A DNA stretch of 64,000 bases from an uncultured Gemmatimonadales bacterium. Lineage in GTDB: Bacteria > Gemmatimonadota > Gemmatimonadetes > Gemmatimonadales > Gemmatimonadaceae. Positions 9,905 to 18,942 of the stretch are shown piece by piece. The notes below the pieces were generated by a model. The model searched no databases. It saw only the letters and a program-made list of their open reading frames with translations, and had not been told where the DNA came from. The DNA lies in NCBI GenBank assembly GCA_963850905.1, contig CAWKMU010000004.1:480001-544000 (forward strand), in the 5' to 3' direction. Position numbers and translations under genes: made by a program. Positions within the stretch are counted from its first letter, which is position 1. Every line of letters begins with the position of its first letter.

Positions 9905-10076
9905 CTCACGATGGGGCCAGAGCCTCGAGACCCAACTCGCACGAGCGAAGATGCAGGGGTTACGGTCGGGCAGCTAGCCCACGTGATTGGCCACCGCCTG
10001 GGCCCCGCCTTCTCGCCTCGACCGCGCAGGGTTAGATATCCGGACGACCTATAATCGCAACCAGGAGGCTCCTCCA

Positions 10077-10721
10077 ATGAAGGCCATCGCCTTTGCCGTC
10101 GCGCCAGCATTGCTCATCGTCGGCGCGCTTCCTGCCGCCATCGCAGCGCAAGGAGCACCACCGCCGGTGGCCACCGAGGTTGGTGGCGCGCAGCTCGCGA
10201 TGAAGGTCCTGCCGGCGCAGGGCGGCGCCACACTGACCGTCACGAGCCCGGCATTCAAGGCCGGCGGGGACATCCCCTTCGAGAACACGCAGTACAAAGG
10301 CAACGTGTTCCCTGGCCTGTCGTGGAGCGCGGGTCCATCAGCGACGAAATCGTACGCGATCATTATGCAGGATCCGGATGCCATGAGACAGGGCGCTCCG
10401 ATCCTTCACTGGACCATGGTCAACATCCCGGCCACGGTGATGAAGCTCGAGGCGGGCATGACGGCGCCGCCGGCTGGCGCCGAGTACGGCCCCAACATCC
10501 GGGGCGCCAACCAGGCCTACATGGGCCCGCACACGCCTCCCGGTCCGAAGCACCGCTACCACATTCAGGTCTTTGCGCTCAGCACGACCATTCCGTCCGA
10601 GGCGACCGCGAGCTACAGCGCCCTCCTCGACGCCATGAAGGATCACGTGCTCGCGAGCGGCGAGCTCATCGGACTCGGCCAAGCCCTTACCGGCGCCACG
10701 ACTGGTATGGCGGCGAAATGA
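10077..10721 (+). CDS. YbhB/YbcL family (PEBP, Raf-kinase-inhibitor-like) secreted protein
   Basis: AGGAGG RBS, signal peptide, VTSPAF, IMQDPDA, HW, YMGPHTPPG..HRYHIQVFAL. Confidence 0.9.
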   Translation: MKAIAFAVAPALLIVGALPAAIAAQGAPPPVATEVGGAQLAMKVLPAQGGATLTVTSPAFKAGGDIPFENTQYKGNVFPGLSWSAGPSATKSYAIIMQDPDAMRQGAPILHWTMVNIPATVMKLEAGMTAPPAGAEYGPNIRGANQAYMGPHTPPGPKHRYHIQVFALSTTIPSEATASYSALLDAMKDHVLASGELIGLGQALTGATTGMAAK

Positions 10722-10764
10722 CCACCGTCGGGTAGCACTCAAACACACGTTGCATCAAATCAGA

Positions 10765-10789
10765 AGGCGAGCGACCGTGTCGCTCGCCT
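10765..10789. terminator. Hairpin between convergent genes, probable terminator
   Basis: AGGCGAGCGAC-CGT-GTCGCTCGCCT, perfect 11-bp stem; no long U tract. Confidence 0.5.
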
Positions 10790-10798
10790 CCATTCATT

Positions 10799-10840
10799 CC
10801 CTGACCCCTGACCCCTGACCCCTGACCCCTGGCGCCTGAC
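10799..10840 (+). repeat. Heptamer tandem repeat (CCCCTGA) x4-5
   Basis: ccctgacccctgacccctgacccctgacccctggcgcctgac. Confidence 0.9.
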
Positions 10841-10861
10841 ACCGCCCTTTGCCGTCCGCCG

Positions 10862-11203
10862 TCAGTCCTTCCTTAGCTCCACGGGCTTGCCATGGGGTGT
10901 GTGCCGGTACGCATCCGCCCACGCCTCCTTACGCGCGAGCAATGCCGGCCGATCGGCCAGATTCTTGTCAATGAGTAGACGCTCGAGCGCCTGGAGCCAG
11001 TACTCGTAGTAGCGCGACCCATCGTCGGCCTCGCCGGTCTCACCAGCCTGCCGCAGCTCGTCGGCCAGCGCCGTCGTCCACTCCTTCCATGTGAAGTAGC
11101 CGCGCCGTGACAGCTCGACCGCGATCCCGAAGGCTTGCGCCTCCCATGGTTCGGCGAATACCCGCTCCGCATCGTCGCGCATCACAGGCTCAGGCGGGAT
11201 CAA
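10862..11203 (-). CDS. Nitrile hydratase accessory protein (P14K/NhlE-like)
   Basis: VFAEPWEAQAF, FTWKEW, YYEYWLQALERL, TPHGKPVEL; follows the beta subunit; start TTG 11203 or ATG 11182. Confidence 0.9.
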   Translation of the reverse strand: MIPPEPVMRDDAERVFAEPWEAQAFGIAVELSRRGYFTWKEWTTALADELRQAGETGEADDGSRYYEYWLQALERLLIDKNLADRPALLARKEAWADAYRHTPHGKPVELRKD

Positions 11204-11849
11204 GGTAGTCGTCCCAGAGATCCAGAAAGACCGCATCGCGTGGCGCCGCACGCTCACCCCAGAGCTCGCGCGCAGCGAACCGCACGGAATACACGTGCTG
11301 TGGCTTCTCACCGAGAAAATGAGCGTTGGTGTCCGGGAACACGAAGACACCGTGGTCGCGCGCAATGCTGCCAATCTTGTCGCGAGCATAGCGCGGCAGC
11401 CGGGTGTGGCCAGCGGGATGCATATTCTTCGTTCGCACCTGTTGGCCGGTGCGAAAGCGTGGTGTGACCGGAACGGCGCGGCTCGTGGGAATTCCCCCGG
11501 CGATGAGCGCCTGCGCTCGGGCCACCGTGAGAGCGGGCGTCACATCCGGCGAGGGAGTCGCTGGAGACGCGGCCGCGACTTCGGCCCGCGTGAGCAGACC
11601 GACCTCCACCATGAGATCGATAAATGCGGCGAGCTGACGTTCGTAGTAGCTCATCGCCAGGTAGTCGGCTGGTGGGACCCGCTCGACACCATAGCGCGTC
11701 GCATCGATGTTCCACTTGCCCCACGCGCCCATCGCGCGCCGCAGCGCGAACACGCGCGACTCCCACCACTCGTGAAAGACCGGCTCGTCGCGCTCGGGCG
11801 CGACCGCACCCATGCCCTGCATCCCTCCCATGTCATGCACGCCGTTCAT
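11190..11849 (-). CDS. nthB: Nitrile hydratase beta subunit
   Basis: [57 protein letters not shown]. Confidence 0.97.
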   Translation of the reverse strand: MNGVHDMGGMQGMGAVAPERDEPVFHEWWESRVFALRRAMGAWGKWNIDATRYGVERVPPADYLAMSYYERQLAAFIDLMVEVGLLTRAEVAAASPATPSPDVTPALTVARAQALIAGGIPTSRAVPVTPRFRTGQQVRTKNMHPAGHTRLPRYARDKIGSIARDHGVFVFPDTNAHFLGEKPQHVYSVRFAARELWGERAAPRDAVFLDLWDDYLDPA

Positions 11850-12451
11850 ACGGCGATGCGTCCCACGCCGATCATGGCATCACGCGTGACCACCGCAGCG
11901 AGCCGGTCCTCACTCCACCCCGCGGTCGCCGCGGGGCGCTCGGGCAACACCAGGTAGCGCACCTCGGCCGTGCTGTCCCACACACGGATCTCCACCTCCT
12001 CGGATATCTCGAGGCCGAATTCGCGCAGCACGCCACGCGGGTCGATCACTGCACGCGAGCGATAGGGCGCGGACTTGTACCACACCGGCGGCAGGCCGAG
12101 TACGGGCCACGGATAACACGAGCACAGCGTGCAGACGATGAGGTTGTGTACGGCTGGTGTATTCTCGACGGCGACCATGTGTTCGCCCTGCATGCCACCG
12201 TAGCCCAGCTCGCCGATCGCGGCATCTGCATCAGAGAGCAAGCGCTGCTTGTACGCGGGATCCGCCCACGCTCTTGCGACCACGCGGGCGCCGTTCCGTG
12301 GACCGATCTGGTGCTCATAGGCATCGATCAGCGTGTCGAGAGCCCGCCGGTCCACCAACCCCTTCTCGACTAACAGTGATTCGAGAGCTTTGACGCGGAG
12401 CGTGAGGTCTGACGGAAGCGCTTGGTGAGCGTGCTCGTGTGTGTGTGTCAT
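11846..12451 (-). CDS. nthA: Cobalt-type nitrile hydratase alpha subunit
   Basis: Metal-binding motif VCTLCSCY (Thr/Tyr signature of Co-type), [32 protein letters not shown]; 4-bp overlap with nthB. Confidence 0.97.
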   Translation of the reverse strand: MTHTHEHAHQALPSDLTLRVKALESLLVEKGLVDRRALDTLIDAYEHQIGPRNGARVVARAWADPAYKQRLLSDADAAIGELGYGGMQGEHMVAVENTPAVHNLIVCTLCSCYPWPVLGLPPVWYKSAPYRSRAVIDPRGVLREFGLEISEEVEIRVWDSTAEVRYLVLPERPAATAGWSEDRLAAVVTRDAMIGVGRIAV

Positions 12452-12578
12452 TCGCAAAAAACTACAGAGAGTCCGCGGTCTCCTCAACTCTGTATCGACG
12501 CAGTCACAAAGACCGGACATAGGCCTAAGGTCCACTGCTCCGGACACACGTCTCGTCGCGATCATCTCTCGCGCGAAC

Positions 12579-12612
12579 GTCCCATTATTTGGTAAAGTCC
12601 CATTATTTGGTA
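12579..12612. promoter_or_regulatory. Perfect 16-bp direct repeat (18-bp period) in a divergent promoter region; candidate operator
   Basis: GTCCCATTATTTGGTA at 12579-12594 and 12597-12612; AT-rich within a GC-rich context. Confidence 0.5.
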
Positions 12613-12817
12613 GTAGTGGCAGCAGCGCACGAGGCGCCCACGTTGGCTGTGCCCAGACACCTCTCGACAACACAGTCTCTTCGATCACCGATCCAGGCGA
12701 TGAGCTGGGTACGGTAGGCACTGCACCGCTTCGAACGGGGGCAACGCCAGGTGACCAATGACACGACGGCTGAACGCCAGCAAGCACGGCCGACCACGGA
12801 GTCGGAAGGAGCATCAC

Positions 12818-13354
12818 ATGCCTAGCGCTCATGACCCTCGTCCCGATCGCCCAACCGATACGCCCAAAGCGCAAACCCGGAAGCGCAGTTCGCAAAAGGA
12901 GCAACCGATGGCAGATGTCGATGAACATGCAGCGTCAGCCGATCAATCTGCGACCAGGCTCTTCGCGTTCACCATCGATGCGAACACGGCGCAGATCGTC
13001 AAGCTCGAGAGCCTGGACTCGACCGGCAATCGGCACGAGTTGTCGGAAGACGAAATGGCCAACCTCGTCAGGGACGCTCGAGAGGACCGGCTCGAGAAAG
13101 TCGTCGAGCAGGCATTTGAAGCGGGCATTGCCTGCGTGCTGGACACCGGAATCGAACAGGACGACACGCACGAGTCCGCAGACGACGCGGAGCTCCGACA
13201 CATCCTGTTGACGCCGTTGATCGAGCGCAGCGCCGCCAAACACCTGATGGAGCGCGAGGTCTTGAATCGCGCCATTCTCGACACATTGATCGAGCATTCC
13301 ATGAAGGCACGCGGGACCGCCCATGAGGACGGGCCAACTGCCGGCGTGCAGTGA
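12818..13354 (+). CDS. Hypothetical acidic protein, upstream partner of the repeat protein
   Basis: Two in-frame ATGs (12818, 12908), each preceded by AAGGAG; GC3-rich codons; no recognised family motif. Confidence 0.75.
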   Translation: MPSAHDPRPDRPTDTPKAQTRKRSSQKEQPMADVDEHAASADQSATRLFAFTIDANTAQIVKLESLDSTGNRHELSEDEMANLVRDAREDRLEKVVEQAFEAGIACVLDTGIEQDDTHESADDAELRHILLTPLIERSAAKHLMEREVLNRAILDTLIEHSMKARGTAHEDGPTAGVQ

Positions 13355-13417
13355 GATCGCTCTGGTAAACCCCGTTAGCTCTATCCGTTTCAGCAAACGA
13401 CAACGAGGAGACCCCCA

Positions 13418-14518
13418 ATGGCAACCACCATCGAGCATGAAGAACTTGCAGGAATCGCGGGCGCCGCGATGCGCGGCAAGCGGGCCCGTCGCGCACTCAT
13501 CGCCCACCTCCTGAAAGAGAGGAGCGAGGGCCAGGACGAGGAGGAGGGCGATGAAGGGTACAGCGAGGAAGGGGGAGGAGATGAGCGCAAGCTCGTTCGC
13601 CTCCTCATCGCCAGCCGCATCCTGCGCCGTCGACGACTGCGTCGCTTGGTCGTTGCGCACCTGTTGAGCGAAAAAGGTGAGGAAGGCGAAGAAGGCGATG
13701 AGGGTGAGGAAGGTGAGGAGGGTAGCGAAGAAGGGTCGACCGATGACCGCAAGCTCGTGCGTCTGTTGATCGCCAGCCGCATGCTCCGCCGTCGTCGCGT
13801 CCGCCGCGCTGTGCTCGCCCACCTCCTCAAGGAGCGAGGCGAAGCAGCGGAAGAGGGCGACGAAGGCGAAGAAGGCGAAGAGGGTGAAGAAGAGTCCGGC
13901 GCAGAAGGAGAAAGCGATGAGCGCACGCTCGTCCGTCTCCTGATCGCGAGCCGCATGCTCCGCCGCCGTCGCGTCCGCCGTGCCGTACTCGCCCACCTCC
14001 TCAAGGAGCGAGGCGAAGCAGCGGAAGAGGGCGACGAAGGCGAAGAAGGCGAAGAGGGTGAGGAAGAGTACGGCGAGGAAGGTGGAGGCGATGAGCGCAA
14101 GCTCGTCCGTCTCTTGATCGCCAGCCGAATGCTCCGCCGCCGTCGCGTACGCCGCGCAGTCATCGCCCACCTCCTGAAGGAGCGGGGCGAAGCCGGAGAA
14201 GAGGGCGACGAAGGCGAAGAAGGCGAAGAGGGTGAGGGAGAGTACGGCGAGGAAGGTGGAGGCGATGAGCGCAAGCTCGTCCGTCTCTTGATCGCCAGCC
14301 GCATGCTCCGTCGCCGTCGCGTGCGCCGCGCTGTTCTCGCCCACCTCCTCAAAGAGCGCAACGAAGGAGAGGAAGGTGAAGGCGATGAGGACGAGTCCGG
14401 CGAGGGTGACGGACGAAATCGAGAGCTCATGCGCCTGCTGATGGCTAGGCAGGCCGTGCGCCGCCGACGCGCGCGCCGTGCCGTCGCCTACTCCATGCAC
14501 AACGGACACGACGAGTAG
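13418..14518 (+). CDS. Hypothetical tandem-repeat protein with alternating Arg-rich helix and Glu/Gly-rich blocks
   Basis: GAGGAG RBS; repeat starts at 13580, 13742, 13916, 14090, 14264; differences between copies are mostly synonymous in this frame. Confidence 0.88.
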   Translation: MATTIEHEELAGIAGAAMRGKRARRALIAHLLKERSEGQDEEEGDEGYSEEGGGDERKLVRLLIASRILRRRRLRRLVVAHLLSEKGEEGEEGDEGEEGEEGSEEGSTDDRKLVRLLIASRMLRRRRVRRAVLAHLLKERGEAAEEGDEGEEGEEGEEESGAEGESDERTLVRLLIASRMLRRRRVRRAVLAHLLKERGEAAEEGDEGEEGEEGEEEYGEEGGGDERKLVRLLIASRMLRRRRVRRAVIAHLLKERGEAGEEGDEGEEGEEGEGEYGEEGGGDERKLVRLLIASRMLRRRRVRRAVLAHLLKERNEGEEGEGDEDESGEGDGRNRELMRLLMARQAVRRRRARRAVAYSMHNGHDE

Positions 14519-14580
14519 TCAGCGGAACAGCGGGCCTTGGGACTCGGGACCGCTTGAGATACAAAGACAGCGATTGCAAA

Positions 14581-14610
14581 GGGCCAGTGGCGGCTATCCG
14601 TCACTGGCCC
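14581..14610 (+). terminator. 13-bp hairpin downstream of the repeat-protein gene
   Basis: GGGCCAGTGGCGG-CTAT-CCGTCACTGGCCC (one G-U pair), weak U tail. Confidence 0.5.
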
Positions 14611-14624
14611 TCACTGTATGTTCA

Positions 14625-14671
14625 CCCGTCATCCGTCACCCGTTACCCAGCCGTTCCGTCACCCGTCACCC
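14625..14671 (+). repeat. Degenerate heptamer tract (CCCGTCA)n
   Basis: cccgtca tccgtca cccgtta cccagccgt tccgtca cccgtca ccc. Confidence 0.7.
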
Positions 14672-14683
14672 TTCCACGCCGGC

Positions 14684-15742
14684 TTGACACTGGCCCACCC
14701 CTTCGAGGAGCCAACAAGCCTGAGACTCGCCATCTACGAGTGGGATGCCTGGCACCAGTTCATGCTGGTGCGCGCCGTCCCGGAAGCCGTTCGGGTCAGC
14801 GCTCGGATAGGCGAGAGCGCTGACGAGATCCTTGCCCGTCTGCCGGGAGGGATCAATGCCTTCGCGTTCCATCTCAACATGACCGCGACTGCGGCTTTTC
14901 CGGCAGACCGGCAGGTACTCGTTCACGAGTTGCTCGCACGGGGGATCGTGCCACTCAACGGGGCCGTCACCGACATCTCCAAAACCCAAGTCCACGCTCA
15001 ATGCCGGGCGTTCGGACTCCCGAGCCCCGCGACCGACATCCATGGCGAGGCATCGGAACTGGTGATCGTGAAGACTGATCTCAACTTCGGCGGCAGGTCT
15101 GAGCGACAGCTTCCGTCGGCGCACTCGGGCACCATCGGGCCGCAGATCTCGGCAGTCATGTCCGACTGGACCGCCTATCAGATCATGCGCCGCGAGGAAG
15201 TGCCAGCCGCGTGGTGGAATGATGCCGCGCTGGTCATCGAGCGCTTCATCGACAATCGCGCGCAGCACCTCTACCGAGTCAATTTTGCAGGCGATCGTGT
15301 CGTCATTCTGCGGCTGACCAATCCGCACCCGCTCAAGAAGATCGTGAACTCGACGGCCCGCCTCGACGTGTACTGCCGGACCGAGGATCTCGCGACCGGC
15401 GCCGTCGCCGGCGTGGAGCCGCTCGTCGCCGCCGCGATCGTAAGGTACCTCGACCGATCCGGCATGGACTTCGGCGCGCTCGAGATCATTCCGGATGATG
15501 CGGGCCACGCGTACATCATTGATGTCAACAGCACGTGCTACGCAAAGGTGCTCAATGTGCGGATCCTCACGTACCTCCGTCGGGGACTGTTCGCGAGAAT
15601 CGCGGCGCGAGCCGCCGGCCTGGGATGCCCGATCCCCCAATGGCGCACCCTCGCCCTCCCAACCTGGCCGATGCTGCGCAGCGACGCGAAACGCCTAGCC
15701 GAAACGCTGATGTCCCGTACCCGCCGCGCACCCAGCACCTGA
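14684..15742 (+). CDS. Atypical ATP-grasp-fold protein, same family as 5368..6237 (start uncertain, 14684-14720)
   Basis: LNGAVTDISK, VIVKTDLNFGG.SE, LVIERFI, MDFGALE...IIDVNST. Confidence 0.7.
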   Translation: MTLAHPFEEPTSLRLAIYEWDAWHQFMLVRAVPEAVRVSARIGESADEILARLPGGINAFAFHLNMTATAAFPADRQVLVHELLARGIVPLNGAVTDISKTQVHAQCRAFGLPSPATDIHGEASELVIVKTDLNFGGRSERQLPSAHSGTIGPQISAVMSDWTAYQIMRREEVPAAWWNDAALVIERFIDNRAQHLYRVNFAGDRVVILRLTNPHPLKKIVNSTARLDVYCRTEDLATGAVAGVEPLVAAAIVRYLDRSGMDFGALEIIPDDAGHAYIIDVNSTCYAKVLNVRILTYLRRGLFARIAARAAGLGCPIPQWRTLALPTWPMLRSDAKRLAETLMSRTRRAPST

Positions 15743-15790
15743 TCTCGCAGCCCTCGATGGCAGAGCGGCCTGGCACCACCCAACTCGCCA

Positions 15791-15885
15791 GGCCGCTCAA
15801 CTTCTGTATCTCCTCTCTCCTTACTCCTCTCTATTTCGGCCGCGCTGTGCGCGCCGAAATCGGCCGCGCCGTGCGCGCCGAAATC
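15791..15885 (+). repeat. Dispersed TCTCT-hairpin element, copy 1 (hairpin tandemly duplicated)
   Basis: Pyrimidine tract, then ATTTCGGCCGCGC-TGT-GCGCGCCGAAAT, followed by a 24-bp duplicate. Confidence 0.7.
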
Positions 15886-16828
15886 ACGGGGCCAAGACCG
15901 CCATCACGAGATCGGAATTCTCCCGCGTGGTCCCGTTGTAGTAAAAGACGTAAACCTTATGCGTCTTCTCGTCCACCGCGGCCGTCCGCGCCCCGCCCCC
16001 CGTGGCCACTTTCCCGACCACCGTGAACTTGTTCGGACTATCCTCGTGCACGATGGTCATGGTGCTGTCTTTGCGATTGGCGTTGAAGGCGAGCTTCGCC
16101 ACTGGATCGAAGGCGTTTTGGTCCGCTCGACTCGGCACGCCGATTCGCGCCACCACGCTGCCGTTGTCCGCGTTGACGACGACCATCTCCGTGTCGCACG
16201 CCATGAACAGCCGGCGACTGGATGCGTCCATCGCGAGGCCCTGTGCGCGGCCGCAATTCGGGATGCGAAACGTCGGCCCGACCTTGTAGGTCGTCGCATT
16301 GACCTCCTGGATGTAGCCCGAATCCTCGACGTTGAGAAAAAGGTTGCCCTTGCCATCCGCAACCCCGGACTCGAGGCCGTCCCCGATCGTCGTCTTCGCG
16401 AGGAGCTTGCCCGTCCGCATGTCCACGACCCACGCGTCTTTGCCCTCCCAGGTGAAGGCGCGGTGGGTGAATGGATCGTAGCGAATGCCATCGCCCTTCG
16501 ATCCGACGTTGCCTTCGACCGCGAGCGTTTTCAGGTTGAAGACCACACCATTTCGCACCAGTCCGCGGTCCTGATCCGCTGCGATCGCAAAGCCGCCACC
16601 CCCACCTTCCACGGTGCCGACGACAGTGTCCTTGTCGACGTCGATGACATTGTCTCCCATCCCGTATAGGCGACGACCCACCGGATCCACAATGAGGTAG
16701 TCGGCGCGGACATGACCCAGGTCGAGACGCTTGACTACGTGATAGCTGGAGCCCTGGGCGCTGAGGCCGGACGCGACAAGCAGCGGCAGCAGGCTGGCGG
16801 TGCAGATGGCGGCGCGAAGCGGACGCAC
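15884..16828 (-). CDS. Secreted YncE/YVTN-like beta-propeller protein
   Basis: CAGGAG RBS with GTG 16828, signal peptide, repeated blades (DGIRYDP, ESGVADGKG, QGLAMD, ARTAAVD). Confidence 0.85.
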   Translation of the reverse strand: MRPLRAAICTASLLPLLVASGLSAQGSSYHVVKRLDLGHVRADYLIVDPVGRRLYGMGDNVIDVDKDTVVGTVEGGGGGFAIAADQDRGLVRNGVVFNLKTLAVEGNVGSKGDGIRYDPFTHRAFTWEGKDAWVVDMRTGKLLAKTTIGDGLESGVADGKGNLFLNVEDSGYIQEVNATTYKVGPTFRIPNCGRAQGLAMDASSRRLFMACDTEMVVVNADNGSVVARIGVPSRADQNAFDPVAKLAFNANRKDSTMTIVHEDSPNKFTVVGKVATGGGARTAAVDEKTHKVYVFYYNGTTRENSDLVMAVLAP

Positions 16829-16922
16829 GGCAACTCCTGGAAGGGGACTGGTCGTTGGTGCAGCCAAGCTAAGGCGCCAACCTGACACGACCATTACAGG
16901 CTGCCGGGAGCGGCGCCGCGAC

Positions 16923-17159
16923 CTACCCGACGCCGTCGACAAGCGTGACGGCGGCGCGGGCGTCCTCGAGGGCCGCCTCCGGGACGCGGACGGTCACGCC
17001 GCGCGCGGTCGCCCCCTGAAAACCTGGGCCGAAGATCCCCACCGTATCGTTGTTGTCACGTATCGCCGGAATACCGGCAGTCTCGAGTTGCGCCATCGCC
17101 AGATCTGCCTCGAAGCCAGAGGCGTATGTGGCCAGCACAGACCAGCCGTCTGCGTTCAT
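16923..17159 (-). CDS. DUF2007 family small protein
   Basis: GGAGG RBS; W..LATY....EADLA.A.LE.AGIPA and V.VRVP....EDA pattern. Confidence 0.8.
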   Translation of the reverse strand: MNADGWSVLATYASGFEADLAMAQLETAGIPAIRDNNDTVGIFGPGFQGATARGVTVRVPEAALEDARAAVTLVDGVG

Positions 17160-17412
17160 CGGTCCTCCAAAGGGGCCACCCGTTGTCACCAGCGACCCGA
17201 TGTCGCGCCCAACGTCCACGGCAACCCACCTACGCAGAATGCGCCACGGAAACGCCGGGGGCAAGCATGCCCCGAACCGGTTCATCACTGGTGTGTACCC
17301 GGGGCCGGAATCGCATTGGCATCCATGCATAGGCCGGGACTGGCATGAGTGGGCGGACGAACACCAATCCCCGACCCTAACTGGGTCAGGGGTCTGTGCG
17401 TCCGCGCTGGGC

Positions 17413-18099
17413 TTACGTTGTCGACCCACGGGCCTGAGCTCGTGCCCTCCGCGCGTCCTCCCACATCCGAAAGCCGCCGACGAAAGCGTGAGCATTGTCG
17501 CCCGCCCGGCAGCCCTCCGGGGGCGTCTTCAATTTCTTTGCGTTGCCGCCCCCCAACACGACGTCATCGAGGTGCATGATGGGCACGAGACGACGCACGA
17601 CTTCCGCAACGTGTTTGCGCCATTTCCGCTTGCCGAGGCGCTCCAGGGCACGCCGGCCGAGATAATCCTCGTACGTCCCCTTGCGGTACGCCAACCTCCC
17701 GAGCTCCATCGGAACGACAACGCCCTCGACGACCAACGCCGCGCCCAGGCCGGTCCCAAAGCCCAGAAACAGCATGGTCCCGCGCTGGTAACTCCCCAGC
17801 GCCTGCATGGCCGCATCATTGATGACCTTCACCGGTCGCTTGAATGCGGCCTCGAAGTCGAATTCGACCCAACCCTTACTGAGGTTGCGCGGCTCAGCCG
17901 TGGGTCGGTTGTGCTCGACGGGCCCCGGGTAACCGATAGACACCACATCGTACCTCCAGTCCTTCGCCAGCGCTTTCACATGTTCCGCCATGAGGTGCGG
18001 AGTCATTGCCCGTCCGGAAGCGAACCGACGACGCTCCTTCTGCCCGGTCGCGAGCAGCTTCACGTTGGTCCCGCCGATATCGATCGAGAGGACGCGCAT
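17413..18099 (-). CDS. ppgK: ROK family polyphosphate glucokinase
   Basis: IDIGGTNVK, IGYPGPV, INDAAMQALG, LGFGTGLGAAL, MELG, VVLGGGN. Confidence 0.85.
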   Translation of the reverse strand: MRVLSIDIGGTNVKLLATGQKERRRFASGRAMTPHLMAEHVKALAKDWRYDVVSIGYPGPVEHNRPTAEPRNLSKGWVEFDFEAAFKRPVKVINDAAMQALGSYQRGTMLFLGFGTGLGAALVVEGVVVPMELGRLAYRKGTYEDYLGRRALERLGKRKWRKHVAEVVRRLVPIMHLDDVVLGGGNAKKLKTPPEGCRAGDNAHAFVGGFRMWEDARRARAQARGSTT

Positions 18100-18336
18100 A
18101 CCTGATTCTCCAGTCGCTCATGTGTTCTACGAGCCGGTCATTCGCATCGTAGCCCGGGCGACGGAAGAGGAGTAGCAGTCGTTGTGCCGATGCTCCTCCA
18201 GAGCTCGCTACCGCCCGCCCACAATTCGTGAGTCGGCGGGAACGTGTGGCACGTGCACCAACGTTCACGAACAATCGACCAATCGACGGGACCGGCGACC
18301 GGCATCACCGTCCACGACCAATTCGTGGATTGGCGG

Positions 18337-18360
18337 ATAGGGGCGACACATGCGTCGCCC
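18337..18360 (+). repeat. GTAG-family REP-like palindrome
   Basis: ATAGGGGCGACACATGCGTCGCCC. Confidence 0.8.
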
Positions 18361-18449
18361 GCCGTTCCCAGAGTGGACCTACCGTCCGCGCACGATCCGT
18401 TCGTCCAACGGGTCGACGGACGCCGCGCGTTTGTCCTCGAGCCAGTCTC

Positions 18450-18805
18450 TCAGACTGCGCCTCCGTGTGTTCGAAACACGAAGTAGACGGCGCCGAGAAT
18501 GCACAGGCCGGCCCAGAGATAGTCGAGATGGACGGGCTGCTTCATGTAGAGCACCGCAAAGGGCACGAACACGGCGAGCGTGATCACTTCCTGGAGGATC
18601 TTCAGTTGCGGGAGCGAAAGCGCCGTGTATCCAATACGGTTGGCGGGCACCTGGAGCATGTACTCGAAGAAGGCGATCCCCCAACTGATGACGGCCGCAA
18701 CGTACCAGGGGCGGTTGCTCAGGTTTCTGAATGGGCGTACCACGCGATCGTCATAAAGACGTTCGAGCCGACCAGGAGGAGGGCGGTACGAGCGACAACG
18801 GGCAT
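18450..18805 (-). CDS. DMT superfamily small membrane protein (DMT_6-like); -1 frameshift near 18730
   Basis: Adding one base joins MPVVARTALLLVGSNVFMTIAWYAH to LRNL..SWGIAFFEY.LQVPANRIG...LKILQEVIT. Confidence 0.85.
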
Positions 18806-18942
18806 GGGGTAGACCGGGCAAAGGGGACGGTTAGCGCAGACCGGCGCCATAGGGTAACATTTGATGCGTAATCTGTAGTATCGTGATACTCGGTACCCCG
18901 TAGTCCGCAGTGACCGCGACTCGCTAACCCAGGAGACAGGCC

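Noticed and set aside
12935..14509. 524-aa minus-strand hydrophobic repeat ORF (and the 346-aa Ser/Pro/Arg ORF 13390..14430)
   Set aside because: These are antisense shadows of the repeat gene. The RBS and the synonymous-only variation support the + frame.
13418..15742. Graspetide (ATP-grasp RiPP) multi-core precursor
   Set aside because: The acidic tracts have almost no Thr/Ser/Lys donors in conserved positions, and I see no graspetide leader motif, protease or exporter.
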